DNA of 52,671 bases from a virus. Position numbers and translations under genes: made by a program. The notes under the pieces are model-generated. The model was not told the origin of the DNA. It did not search any database and saw nothing but the letters and a program-made list of their open reading frames with translations. Each line of letters starts with the position of its first letter. Within the stretch, counting starts at the first letter, position 1. The DNA lies in IMG/VR virus record IMGVR_UViG_3300050821_015011; one strand, 5' to 3'. This document shows, piece by piece, positions 42,646 through 51,406 of this stretch.

Positions 42646-42993
42646 GTGCCGAGGATGAAACGTCTTGTGCTCGATGCGACGCGATCTCCGCTCAACGCGA
42701 AGCAGTGGCTGCTGAAGTTGATCTGCAAGCACGAGACATGGGCCACATCAAAGATCAAGCCACGTTCAGCCGAATGCCCAACTTGTATTGCTGAAGAACT
42801 TCAGGACAGGATCAACCGGGGACTTGCGGGGCAGTGTCACATGTGCAAGAAGTTCGTGGGGATCCGGGTTCCTCGTGCGAAGTTCCACCCTGGCGATGGA
42901 ACGTATCGGGTGACCTTCAAGCACAATGGAGCTGATGGGAAGCAGTGCGAGGGCTCAGGCGAGGCAGCTGTTGGGTGGGGCTTTGATGACTAA
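42646..42993 (+). CDS. Cys-rich zinc-ribbon protein (115 aa)
   Basis: CPTC..CHMC. Confidence 0.45.
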   Translation: MPRMKRLVLDATRSPLNAKQWLLKLICKHETWATSKIKPRSAECPTCIAEELQDRINRGLAGQCHMCKKFVGIRVPRAKFHPGDGTYRVTFKHNGADGKQCEGSGEAAVGWGFDD

Positions 42994-43292
42994 CCTGCGC
43001 CTCTTTTTCTGACTATCAGGCTCTCGCCCGCATCTGGAGTCTCTCGCCATCTGAAGACTTCCATTCCCGACTCGGTTGAGCATACGGAACAGATAAGCAC
43101 ACCATCAGGCTGCTCATGCATGAGCATTGTTGTGCCGCATTCTTTGCACCGAAGCTTGATCGTGCCGATGGTCGCGTTTCCACCGCAGCCTCCAATGATC
43201 TTTACTGCGCCACCAGTGCCAGCGGTTTCTTCCGTCCCGGCAGCATTGGTTCCACCGACTACAGTCACCTTGGGTTCGTCATCGTCAGTCAT
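42990..43292 (-). CDS. Gly/Thr-rich zinc-ribbon protein (100 aa)
   Basis: CKECG..CSVC. Confidence 0.4.
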   Translation of the reverse strand: MTDDDEPKVTVVGGTNAAGTEETAGTGGAVKIIGGCGGNATIGTIKLRCKECGTTMLMHEQPDGVLICSVCSTESGMEVFRWRETPDAGESLIVRKRGAG

Positions 43293-43494
43293 CCTGGTCG
43301 ACCTCTAGGTAGCTCCAACGAGATGCAAGAGGCTCCTGAGAGAGCAGGGCCTCTAACTTGTCGATGGCAGCACGTAATGCGGGGGTTATGAGCGAATCGA
43401 TCGGGCGCCTACAGGCACAGTAACGCGGGGAGATTGCCTGCTCTGCGATCAGAAACAAGACAAGCGAGAGGGCGTCACGTGTTTCCCGGCGCAC
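43285..43494 (-). CDS. hypothetical small protein (69 aa)
   Basis: ORF track. Confidence 0.3.
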   Translation of the reverse strand: MRRETRDALSLVLFLIAEQAISPRYCACRRPIDSLITPALRAAIDKLEALLSQEPLASRWSYLEVDQDD

Positions 43495-43511
43495 TACTTG
43501 ATCCTACGCCT

Positions 43512-43865
43512 TTATGACGTGGCAGGCGAACTTGGATCAGACAGCACGGGCGGATTGGATCGAACAGTGGCGGCCTTCTTCTTTCCGTTGCCCTTCGCCT
43601 TGTGGACCCTTTTCGTGAGCTTGACGCGCACGCCCGTTTCCACGGTCATGGGAACGACGCGCCCCTGAAGCAGCTGGAAGGACTTGGTGTCGATCTTCTC
43701 GTCGGCGGGGTTGGCCACTTCGGATTTCGCTTGCTCGGTCATGATGTCGGAGATCTTTTCGTGGACGCCATCTTCATCGGCATCAGACAGGACAAGCCGG
43801 TTATTGCAGAGAAGGAAGTATTTCGGGGCTTCCGTGGTCATCGTGGACTCCTTGGTCAGATCCAC
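43512..43865 (-). CDS. hypothetical protein with basic tail (117 aa)
   Basis: ORF track. Confidence 0.4.
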   Translation of the reverse strand: MDLTKESTMTTEAPKYFLLCNNRLVLSDADEDGVHEKISDIMTEQAKSEVANPADEKIDTKSFQLLQGRVVPMTVETGVRVKLTKRVHKAKGNGKKKAATVRSNPPVLSDPSSPATS

Positions 43866-43891
43866 GTGGTAGCCCGTTTGATCTTGATTTG

Positions 43892-44152
43892 CTAGGCATT
43901 GATCCGATCGCGATTGTATGCCTGAGGATCAAGCCTTAACATCAGATCTTCCACTCGCTGAGCAGTCTCACAGCCGTCGTAGCCCTGAATGCACCATTCG
44001 CATGTCTGGTTGTGTGTCTCGATCCAGTTGATCATGGCATGCGCGAGTGTGTAGTTGTTCGTGTTCATGGCTGTTTTGTAGCTGCTTGATGCTTGATTTA
44101 ACAGTCTGAAATCAGCGGGTTTATACCGGCTCGTTGTCCTCACAGCAGGCAT
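43892..44152 (-). CDS. Cys-containing protein (86 aa)
   Basis: CEWC..C. Confidence 0.4.
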   Translation of the reverse strand: MPAVRTTSRYKPADFRLLNQASSSYKTAMNTNNYTLAHAMINWIETHNQTCEWCIQGYDGCETAQRVEDLMLRLDPQAYNRDRINA

Positions 44153-44723
44153 TGCTCTCTACAGGGTGACCTTTCAGTCTGCAAAAGCTGCCTCGGCCCT
44201 CGCTGTCAGACATCTTCATTGTCGTGGAGTACTCGCAGCGCTGACACGAGAAGCCCAGAGCAGATTTGGTCGAGCCAAATCCAATCCGGCTATCGTCTAG
44301 CTTTCCCTTCGGACAGTAACGACCCTCGGGATCGCCAGCGTTTCGCATCTCCCACATGCCGCAAGATTGATAGTGCATGTTGTTGATCGGATTCTTGCGG
44401 ATAAGACACTCCGTTCCGACCAGCTTATTACAGGCAGAACTGCGTCCATCTTTGCGTCCGCCACACAAGTAGCCACCATCTTTGTCGAATGTGGCTGGTA
44501 GTCCGCATTTTGAGTCTGCGTATTGAGCAATACGCACCGAGTCCTGGCGACGCTTGGCGTAACGAACTTCGGATTCCGCAGTGATGGATTTGGGGACAAC
44601 GAATAAGCCGTCCTTGTCGACAGGGTCTACAAGTATTGGCCTCAGCGCGGAATCATTTGGTGTTGCCGATTCATGCGTCAGTGCCTCACGCAGATTTTCA
44701 ATAAGTGGACGTAGGAAGGTCAT
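44121..44723 (-). CDS. Cys-rich protein (200 aa)
   Basis: Multiple CxxC and CC motifs. First gene of the leftward block. Confidence 0.45.
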   Translation of the reverse strand: MTFLRPLIENLREALTHESATPNDSALRPILVDPVDKDGLFVVPKSITAESEVRYAKRRQDSVRIAQYADSKCGLPATFDKDGGYLCGGRKDGRSSACNKLVGTECLIRKNPINNMHYQSCGMWEMRNAGDPEGRYCPKGKLDDSRIGFGSTKSALGFSCQRCEYSTTMKMSDSEGRGSFCRLKGHPVESNACCEDNEPV

Positions 44724-44805
44724 TTGTTGATCAGCATATCAGAAGAATTTCATAAGTCTATTTGGCTGACAGTAATCACTAAGCTCATGAATCGTATAAC
44801 CCGGC

Positions 44806-45270
44806 ATGAGCACAGACGTGGTTCTTGAGACTGCCATTGGCCGGTTGCGCCTTCGCATGTCCACCGAAAACAGGATACGTATCACCGGCGTCGACGGCCC
44901 ATTTGCCAATGTCCAGATCGACGGGCGCAAGTTCAGCCTTTCGGCGGTACTGGAACCGCTTGACACAGTGTGGACGACGGCGCGTACGCCCAGTGGCAAC
45001 GAGGCCTCTCACGGGTTCAAGGTGTGGGACTATGGCGTAAGCCCGATACGGGAGGCTACGAAGAAACAGAAAGATGAGCTGCGCCCTACCGTCGTCGCGG
45101 CGGTGAACCGCTTCATCAAGGAGAGTCCTAATCTCCTTCGCGACATGAAGCTCCACCGTCTTCGTGGGCAGATCGAGGCTGGACAGCGGCAGATCGAAGG
45201 ATACGAAGCAGCCATCAGCGAGCTGAAGAACCGTATCCAGCAATGGGAAGTCGAGGAGAAGGCAACCTAA
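44806..45270 (+). CDS. hypothetical protein with C-terminal coiled coil (154 aa)
   Basis: tcgtataac at 44792-44800, 5 nt before the ATG. Confidence 0.5.
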   Translation: MSTDVVLETAIGRLRLRMSTENRIRITGVDGPFANVQIDGRKFSLSAVLEPLDTVWTTARTPSGNEASHGFKVWDYGVSPIREATKKQKDELRPTVVAAVNRFIKESPNLLRDMKLHRLRGQIEAGQRQIEGYEAAISELKNRIQQWEVEEKAT

Positions 45271-45307
45271 GTCGTGCCAGTTCACCGGTAATCGAGCCAG
45301 AGAAGGT

Positions 45308-45316
45308 TCGTACAAC
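45308..45316 (+). promoter_or_regulatory. motif-1 TCGTACAAC
   Basis: Followed by acgACAGGAGGatagg and the ATG at 45333. Confidence 0.5.
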
Positions 45317-45332
45317 ACGACAGGAGGATAGG

Positions 45333-45695
45333 ATGTCCAAGTTGATCGTTGCCCCGAAACATGACTCCAGACCGATGCCCAATGGCTATGATGGATGCTA
45401 TGCTCGTCTCGATGGCACTCACAGCGCCTATGGTATCGGGGGGACGTGTCCTGGCGTAAGGACCGCAGAATGGTTGAACGGCCTCGGCGAAGACGAGGCT
45501 CCCTACCGGAGTTCCACGACGTACAAGAATATCGACGTACGGCTCAATTGGCTGAAGGATAGCAACCACATCGTGGCGCTGGATACGGAGGTTGCGCGGC
45601 TCAGGGAAATCGAGCGCCGCGCACAGAAAGAGCTGGCGAACGCTCGCGAGCGGCTGGTGGCCCTAGGGGAGACTATCGCGCCGGTGTCACTCTAA
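45333..45695 (+). CDS. hypothetical protein (about 120 aa)
   Basis: TCGTACAAC at 45308-45316, then acaggagg Shine-Dalgarno. Confidence 0.5.
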   Translation: MSKLIVAPKHDSRPMPNGYDGCYARLDGTHSAYGIGGTCPGVRTAEWLNGLGEDEAPYRSSTTYKNIDVRLNWLKDSNHIVALDTEVARLREIERRAQKELANARERLVALGETIAPVSL

Positions 45696-45943
45696 TGAGC
45701 CGGTCAGGCTTCGGCTTCCATAAAGCTCTCGGCGGCATGCAGCGTGCGGAGAAGAACACGCATGAACGCTGCCTGGAAGCGGTTACCAAGCTGGAAGCTG
45801 TCAAGACTCACGCCGATTTCCAGGCCGTAGTCGATTGGATCGGGAAGCACGACTGGTTTCTTCGCTCGCGCGAGGATAACGAGTTGATGAAGAACGCTTT
45901 CAATGCAGCCTGGAAGAGAACGAAGAACGAAAAGCTCGTGTAA
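45695..45943 (+). CDS. hypothetical protein (82 aa)
   Basis: TAATG overlap. Confidence 0.4.
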   Translation: MSRSGFGFHKALGGMQRAEKNTHERCLEAVTKLEAVKTHADFQAVVDWIGKHDWFLRSREDNELMKNAFNAAWKRTKNEKLV

Positions 45944-45974
45944 GACGGGTCTTGGGCTGTCGTACCACTGGGTC

Positions 45975-46307
45975 ATGGAAAATCAATCCCAGCAGCCGAA
46001 GGAGCGTGCCGGAGCTTTGTTGCAGGCGGTGTTCCACAAGATGCCGGAATTATTCGACGAAATTACGAGCGCGGGCGGCCTTCGTGGCCTGTTCGACCAG
46101 TTCTCCGCCGAGTGGAATAACACGGAGATCGAGGACAAGCTGGACATCCTGGATAAGCTCCAGCTGGCCGGCTTCTCGCTCGATGACATTGGTCAGGCGG
46201 CAGTGGAGTGCATCATTCCCCACGGGTATTCGGCGCAGCAGGCGGCATCCATCGTCTTCTCCGGCGTGTGCAAGCTTCTCACTGCCGCTTTGGACGACAG
46301 GGCTTAG
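45975..46307 (+). CDS. hypothetical protein (about 110 aa)
   Basis: tcgtaccac at 45960-45968, 6 nt before the ATG. Confidence 0.45.
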   Translation: MENQSQQPKERAGALLQAVFHKMPELFDEITSAGGLRGLFDQFSAEWNNTEIEDKLDILDKLQLAGFSLDDIGQAAVECIIPHGYSAQQAASIVFSGVCKLLTAALDDRA

Positions 46308-46339
46308 TCGTGGCAGAGGGTGATCCCGAGAAGCAGCAG

Positions 46340-46645
46340 ATGCAAGTCACGCTCGAAGTGACTGCCGATCAGCTCGATTTTCTTCACCGCTTGAGCGATT
46401 TTGACGGCGGGAGCCTAGAGCAGACGCTGGTCAAGGTCATCGACAAAGCGCGCAATAGCATCCAACGAAACGACATTCCGGTCTACCTCTGTCGTTTGAT
46501 CTACAGTCTGCTTGCCAATCACTTCCCTTTCAACAAAATGGAAGAGATCATCGACGATGCGATCGACATGCAGAATGACTTGGGAAAACACGACTTCCTA
46601 AGGGAGCACGCCAAAGACATCGCATCTCGCCTTATGAGGAGATAA
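46340..46645 (+). CDS. hypothetical protein (about 101 aa)
   Basis: Internal ATG (MQVTLEV..). A GTG at 46310 is an alternative start. Confidence 0.4.
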   Translation: MQVTLEVTADQLDFLHRLSDFDGGSLEQTLVKVIDKARNSIQRNDIPVYLCRLIYSLLANHFPFNKMEEIIDDAIDMQNDLGKHDFLREHAKDIASRLMRR

Positions 46646-46649
46646 TCCC

Positions 46650-46805
46650 ATGAAAAAACAGAAGAAGGCCAAGAAACCGCGCAAGGCGAAGCCAAAGGTC
46701 AAGGTCACAGTCACGCCACTTCCTGGTGGTATGCAGGCTGTGACCATGGAGTCCCTCGACGACGAGACGGATCTCCGTGACTTCGTTGGCTGCGAGGACG
46801 ACTAA
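46650..46805 (+). CDS. small Lys-rich protein (51 aa)
   Basis: Own translation MKKQKKAKKPRKAKPKVKVTV.. with acidic C-terminus. TAATG overlap with the next gene. Confidence 0.3.
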   Translation: MKKQKKAKKPRKAKPKVKVTVTPLPGGMQAVTMESLDDETDLRDFVGCEDD

Positions 46806-47092
46806 TGAAGCGCTGGTGGGTCTCGTGGTGGGAGCCGGTAAACGAGGACGGGGATTACCGCCCGATGAAATGGCCGCTTCCGCCGGAGATTCCAAAATAC
46901 TGGAACAGCGCTACGGCATCTTTCGGCGCAGGCCTCTGCGCGGTCGTGGATGCCCCAAGCGAAGAAGAGGTCAAGAAGTTGATCGAACAGTACTGGAAGC
47001 CTGCTGAGTGGCGGTTCTGCAACGAAGTAGAACCTGGATGGCGTCCAGAGCCGACTCGTTTCCCGTGGGACAAAGCCGCTGGGCCTGGATAA
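46805..47092 (+). CDS. hypothetical Trp-rich protein (95 aa)
   Basis: ORF track. Confidence 0.4.
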   Translation: MKRWWVSWWEPVNEDGDYRPMKWPLPPEIPKYWNSATASFGAGLCAVVDAPSEEEVKKLIEQYWKPAEWRFCNEVEPGWRPEPTRFPWDKAAGPG

Positions 47093-47280
47093 TGTACGTC
47101 TGCGAACACTGTGGTTTTCGGGACGAGAACCGGGCCAACTTCAGAAATGTTCGGATCGGATTCTACGAGCATTCCAGCCGTTACATTTGCAAAGACTATA
47201 GCGAGTGCCAAGGGCGTATCAAAGCCAAAGAAGCAGAAGACGCCGCGTGGTGTCGAGCGGAGCGTGGCGCAAAGCCATGA
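47092..47280 (+). CDS. small Cys-rich protein (about 62 aa)
   Basis: CEHCGF..C..C. TAATG overlap. Confidence 0.35.
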   Translation: MYVCEHCGFRDENRANFRNVRIGFYEHSSRYICKDYSECQGRIKAKEAEDAAWCRAERGAKP

Positions 47281-47291
47281 AGGAGACGGGA

Positions 47292-47564
47292 ATGAGCACA
47301 CCGAAGGAAGAGGCGCGGAAGAAGATCTTGTCGATCATGGCCCATCTTCGCCACGCTGGAGAGCGGGCGAAGGAAGAGGGCGAGCTTCATTTGGGTATCC
47401 TGGCGATCAAGCCGGGCGGCGGCGGCCGGGTGGTGGTCCAGGTCGCCGCGTCGGAATTCATGGACGACCTGGCATTAGCCCTGGACGCACCCCCTGACAC
47501 CGAGGAAGAGAAGCTCGACGCGCAAGCGGTGGCATTTCTCGACCAACATGGGCTGCGACGGTAA
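47292..47564 (+). CDS. hypothetical protein (about 90 aa)
   Basis: aaggaga Shine-Dalgarno 6 nt before the ATG. Confidence 0.4.
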   Translation: MSTPKEEARKKILSIMAHLRHAGERAKEEGELHLGILAIKPGGGGRVVVQVAASEFMDDLALALDAPPDTEEEKLDAQAVAFLDQHGLRR

Positions 47565-47764
47565 TGAGCGTCCGGGGTAGCCTATGGGAAGCAATCAACC
47601 GCTACGTCGTCGCTTGCGGTGGCGATCCGTCATCGAGAATGATGAATGTCACCGAGCGAGTAGTTGCTGAGGTAGAGCGAGCTATCGACGACGAGTGTGC
47701 TAGAGCGGTCTCTCGAACTATCGGCGAAGCGCTTAATAGCGGCGACGGAACGTACAAGCCATAG
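47564..47764 (+). CDS. hypothetical protein (66 aa)
   Basis: TAATG overlap. Confidence 0.35.
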   Translation: MSVRGSLWEAINRYVVACGGDPSSRMMNVTERVVAEVERAIDDECARAVSRTIGEALNSGDGTYKP

Positions 47765-47779
47765 ATAAACGGGGTCGAT

Positions 47780-48292
47780 ATGAGCGATAAAACGTCGGCA
47801 GGACTGGAGATCTCTCACGCACCATTTGCGAAGCCACCGCTCCACATACCGAATGCGGCAGGGCTACCGTACAAGACCGAGCTGGTCGAAATGCGTGACC
47901 CTGAGGGTCAGACGATCAAGTGGAACTTCTGGCATGCACCCGATGACGATCGGGCCCCTCATAATCATCCGTGGGACTTTGTATCGCAGATCATTCACGG
48001 TGGGTATACCGAGCGCCGCTTTGTGGTTATCCATAAGGAAGGCAGCGATGAGGTGGAGCTGCGCGTTTCCGAACACACCTATAAGGCAGGGGATGTCAAC
48101 AGGCTGACTCGCGATGTCTTTCACCTGGTTACTGCGGTCGTTCCGGGGACGGTCACTCGGATGGTTTGCGAGAAGGCGGCGCCGGGCAACGAGTGGGGGT
48201 ACCTGGATCCCAAGACGGGCAGTTATTCAAAGGCCGCACCTGACCCGTCGTTTATTGATCGGCTGAAGGCGAACAACCGCTTCATGAAATAG
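47780..48292 (+). CDS. hypothetical protein, possible cupin-like (170 aa)
   Basis: acgtacaag at 47750-47758. HNHPWDF..H pattern is only weakly cupin-like. Confidence 0.4.
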   Translation: MSDKTSAGLEISHAPFAKPPLHIPNAAGLPYKTELVEMRDPEGQTIKWNFWHAPDDDRAPHNHPWDFVSQIIHGGYTERRFVVIHKEGSDEVELRVSEHTYKAGDVNRLTRDVFHLVTAVVPGTVTRMVCEKAAPGNEWGYLDPKTGSYSKAAPDPSFIDRLKANNRFMK

Positions 48293-48301
48293 GCTCTCGC
48301 T

Positions 48302-48646
48302 GTGAATCCCTATCGGACAAACGCCAAGCCTCTGATCTCTGATCCTGCCACGTGTAGCTTGTGTGGTGCAGAGAGATGGCGTCGCGATCTCGATCCGTGC
48401 AAATACTGCGGGGATGTCCGACCTCCATTCGCACCGAAGTACTTTGTCTGTCCTGGATTCGTGCCACATCCCAAATGTCCTCTTCTATGCGTGCGTTGTG
48501 GAGCTGGCCGGAAGGCCCGCGATGAACACCTCGAACGTTGTAGGAATTGGATAATCTGCCAGCAATACGCTGATGAACCAAGTTGGATCTATTGCCCCTG
48601 GTGTAGACCCAGCACCGTCACGCCGCTTTCTCAGAACGAGGCTTAG
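48302..48646 (+). CDS. Cys-rich zinc-ribbon protein (114 aa, GTG start)
   Basis: CSLCG..CKYCG..CVRCG..CPWC. Confidence 0.4.
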   Translation: MNPYRTNAKPLISDPATCSLCGAERWRRDLDPCKYCGDVRPPFAPKYFVCPGFVPHPKCPLLCVRCGAGRKARDEHLERCRNWIICQQYADEPSWIYCPWCRPSTVTPLSQNEA

Positions 48647-48932
48647 GTCGTTCCGTAAGCCACTTCGCTTTCAGCTTGATCGAGACATAGGTGCCAGCTC
48701 CATAGCCCAGCGCATAAGCGGCGCTGAAGAAGATGCGGCGTGCGAGCTGCTCAGCTGACACAACAGATTCAATTCCAGTCAGCGTAACGATTGCAGCCAT
48801 GACAGAGAAGATAACCGCCAGCCACGCCTTATTCTTCTCAGAGAAGTGTACCCAAAACACGCAGCAGCACTCGTACATCGCTCCGCAGATGAACGTGACG
48901 CAGAAGATCGCAATGTCCTTGGCCATGGTCAT
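48618..48932 (-). CDS. small multi-pass membrane protein (104 aa)
   Basis: Three hydrophobic helices, CCC cluster. Confidence 0.45.
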   Translation of the reverse strand: MTMAKDIAIFCVTFICGAMYECCCVFWVHFSEKNKAWLAVIFSVMAAIVTLTGIESVVSAEQLARRIFFSAAYALGYGAGTYVSIKLKAKWLTERPKPRSEKAA

Positions 48933-49154
48933 CGACGCTTGAATTCACTGGGCATCAGTAGGTTCCGGCGAGAACTTCGACGAACCACTTCACATTTGGT
49001 GGGACTGTTCCCATGGCCTGGGCCTCGAGCTTGGCGATCACATGGCGTGCAGATCCTTTCCCCATCGGCTTGTCTCCTACAACGTCTTTACCGATCGTGG
49101 CTTCGATTGACTAGTAGCTTTCCGGGTTGGCCAGGCAGAAACGATTATGGGGGT

Positions 49155-49424
49155 ATGAGCAACGCAGTCGATTGTGCGATGGCGAGATTTCATGCAAGAC
49201 TGGAACAGGTCCGTCGTAACACGAACATGGCACTACGATTGACGGTCCAGTATCGATGGAAGTTCGTCGCCAACCGGTACCAGGTGAGGGTATTCGCTGG
49301 TTGGCCTGGGAAGATCGAGAAGGTAGGGGAGCTGAATATCCCCGCCGATATCTGGTTCCCCTTTCGTACGACCCTCCAGAGCAGTCAGTGCTGTGCTGAC
49401 ATCGAAATCGTTGAAGACACGTAA
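49155..49424 (+). CDS. hypothetical protein (about 89 aa)
   Basis: Internal ATG of the 48846-49424 frame (MSNAVDC..). Confidence 0.35.
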   Translation: MSNAVDCAMARFHARLEQVRRNTNMALRLTVQYRWKFVANRYQVRVFAGWPGKIEKVGELNIPADIWFPFRTTLQSSQCCADIEIVEDT

Positions 49425-49440
49425 TCTCCTGATGTAGCCT

Positions 49441-49449
49441 TCGTACAAC
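49441..49449 (+). promoter_or_regulatory. motif-1 TCGTACAAC
   Basis: 4 nt before the ATG at 49454. Confidence 0.5.
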
Positions 49450-49453
49450 TAGC

Positions 49454-49738
49454 ATGTACATCAAGGTCGTCCGATACGGCGATGATATGCTGAGCGAGCG
49501 CGAATGGACCTTCATGATACTCGCGGAGCACAGCACGTTTATCGTCCGGCTCTGCCAGTATGAAGAACGAAGCCGTCCGAGCAAACGTCACAAGGTCAAG
49601 CTCACGGCGAAATACGATCGCCTGAATATGCGTGATTGTTCGATCAAGAAGCCACCTCCGGTGCCTCCCGATGTGGTGGCTGATGCCCACAGACAGATCC
49701 TTGCTTCCATTGTTTTCGACATCAACAAGGATCTCTGA
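49454..49738 (+). CDS. hypothetical protein (94 aa)
   Basis: TCGTACAAC at 49441-49449, 4 nt before the ATG. Confidence 0.5.
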   Translation: MYIKVVRYGDDMLSEREWTFMILAEHSTFIVRLCQYEERSRPSKRHKVKLTAKYDRLNMRDCSIKKPPPVPPDVVADAHRQILASIVFDINKDL

Positions 49739-49741
49739 ACC

Positions 49742-50506
49742 CTAACTGCGCGGCCGTTTCGGGCAACGATACGAGTGAGAGACCATCATTCCCCTTATGC
49801 TTGACTTGCCCCCGCAGTTATTACAACGAATGAATTTCTGGTCGCAGTAAGGGCAGGCTGCGAGCGCGTATGTTGGTGTTGTTCTAGTCCCGATCGGGGC
49901 CCCGCAACGATCGCACTTTACTGCGGTCATGTTTCTGAGCGTCGTCTTTGGGATCTTCCAGGCCATCGACATCTTTGGGGGTAAATCTGATGTGGTCGTC
50001 TTTGGTGCCGTGCGTTTGTCTTCCAGGTTCCCACGGCTAAGTACCTCTCTCCGAACCCCAGGCGTGATCGCAGCGGCCTCCAGGATCCGCTTACGTGCTT
50101 CACCAAGCAGACGTCGGCAAGAAGCCTCTTTCATTCCGAGTTCGTTGGCGATGTCTTTGTTTTCGAGACCCATTGTCCGCAGCCGACCAGCAACTGTCTG
50201 TTGTGTTGAGAGCACGTGGTAAAGATCAGGACGCAGTACAAGCGGGTCAGCTTCGTATTCGACCACAGCATTTGGGGATGGATCAGTCTCTCCCGCCATG
50301 GTCCGTTCTGCGCGGTTCAGATGAGCCTGGACGCGTGGCACCGGAATGTTGAAGTGCGCGCTAGTATCTCCCAGACTGTTGTTGAGATAATGATCCACGA
50401 TCTTCCACTGGGTGTCCGTGAGCATGCGGATTGACCCTGGATTGTTCGCAAGTAAGCGTTGCAGGCGTTTCTTCCGCGATGCATCGCTCGATAGATCAGA
50501 TTTCAT
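49742..50506 (-). CDS. putative transcription regulator with two sigma-70 region-4/LuxR-type HTH units and a C-terminal zinc ribbon
   Basis: LTDTQWKIVDHYLNNSLGDTSAHFNIPVPRVQAHLNRAER and LSTQQTVAGRLRTMGLENKDIANELGMKEASCRRLLGEARKRI. C-terminal CDRCG..CPYC..CNNCGG..C. Confidence 0.55.
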   Translation of the reverse strand: MKSDLSSDASRKKRLQRLLANNPGSIRMLTDTQWKIVDHYLNNSLGDTSAHFNIPVPRVQAHLNRAERTMAGETDPSPNAVVEYEADPLVLRPDLYHVLSTQQTVAGRLRTMGLENKDIANELGMKEASCRRLLGEARKRILEAAAITPGVRREVLSRGNLEDKRTAPKTTTSDLPPKMSMAWKIPKTTLRNMTAVKCDRCGAPIGTRTTPTYALAACPYCDQKFIRCNNCGGKSSIRGMMVSHSYRCPKRPRS

Positions 50507-51015
50507 TTTGGCAAAGCGTCGGAAGCCAGCTTCTGAAGGCGTGTGATGTACTGAGGCAAGGGCTCGGCTCCATCCCAGGCTGACTGCGAGATCTTGAGTA
50601 GAATCTCTTCCAGCTCGTAGATCCGCACCTTGAACGGGTGCAGATCCTCCTCATTGATGTCGGTGAGCGGAATCGAGATACTTAGGTGCAACTTCCCGTC
50701 GTCGTCGACCACGTCCGCCCGCCCATATTTCTCAGCATGAGCAATCGCGTCGGTCATACCAGCCTTATAGTCGTTGATATTGAATTTCTTCACTGGCGGT
50801 GGTGGACATTTGCAATGCCCGCACGGCTCGCATTTGCCGCATGTCGAACAGTACCTATGCGGTTCTCCCATGGTCTTCCATCCCAGGCAAGCAGGCGAGC
50901 AAAACTGAATCCACTCGCCGGTCGTATTGGTGGTATGGCCTATATGTGTAAAGGCTTTTTTGCAGATCGAGCAGATTTGGATCACTCGATTATGAAGGTG
51001 ATCCATTCCCCACAT
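50503..51015 (-). CDS. Cys-rich zinc-binding protein (170 aa)
   Basis: CSICKK..CSPAC..CSTCGKCEPCGHCKC. ATGA overlap. Confidence 0.45.
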   Translation of the reverse strand: MWGMDHLHNRVIQICSICKKAFTHIGHTTNTTGEWIQFCSPACLGWKTMGEPHRYCSTCGKCEPCGHCKCPPPPVKKFNINDYKAGMTDAIAHAEKYGRADVVDDDGKLHLSISIPLTDINEEDLHPFKVRIYELEEILLKISQSAWDGAEPLPQYITRLQKLASDALPK

Positions 51016-51106
51016 ATATCCTTGAATTCAACAACCTTATGACGACCAACAACATATACTTCGACGACGTAGCTGAAGTGCAGCTCGTACTCGGCAAGGA
51101 TCCTCT

Positions 51107-51331
51107 TCATGGCTTTGTCCTTACCAGCCGCGGAGTCTTGGCGAGCTTGCGTCGCTCTAGCCAAGGTCGAACGAAGAGGTAGAACACCCAGACTCCAGTC
51201 CCGCTATAGACCTGCAATGCGCGTAGAGTCCAGTGGTCGTGCTCGACAGGAAAGTAGAGCGCCCAAATGAACAATGCCATTGCGACCAAGTGCAGCCCAG
51301 TGGTGACCCAGTTCTTTGTTCGTATGTTCAT
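51107..51331 (-). CDS. small membrane protein, two TM helices (74 aa)
   Basis: ORF track, hydrophobic segments. Confidence 0.4.
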   Translation of the reverse strand: MNIRTKNWVTTGLHLVAMALFIWALYFPVEHDHWTLRALQVYSGTGVWVFYLFVRPWLERRKLAKTPRLVRTKP

Positions 51332-51406
51332 GCCCTATCGCTAGCCTGGAACGAGCTAATTGCCTAGTCTATGTAATACAGCCATGCAGCAGCCGTATAA
51401 CTGGCC

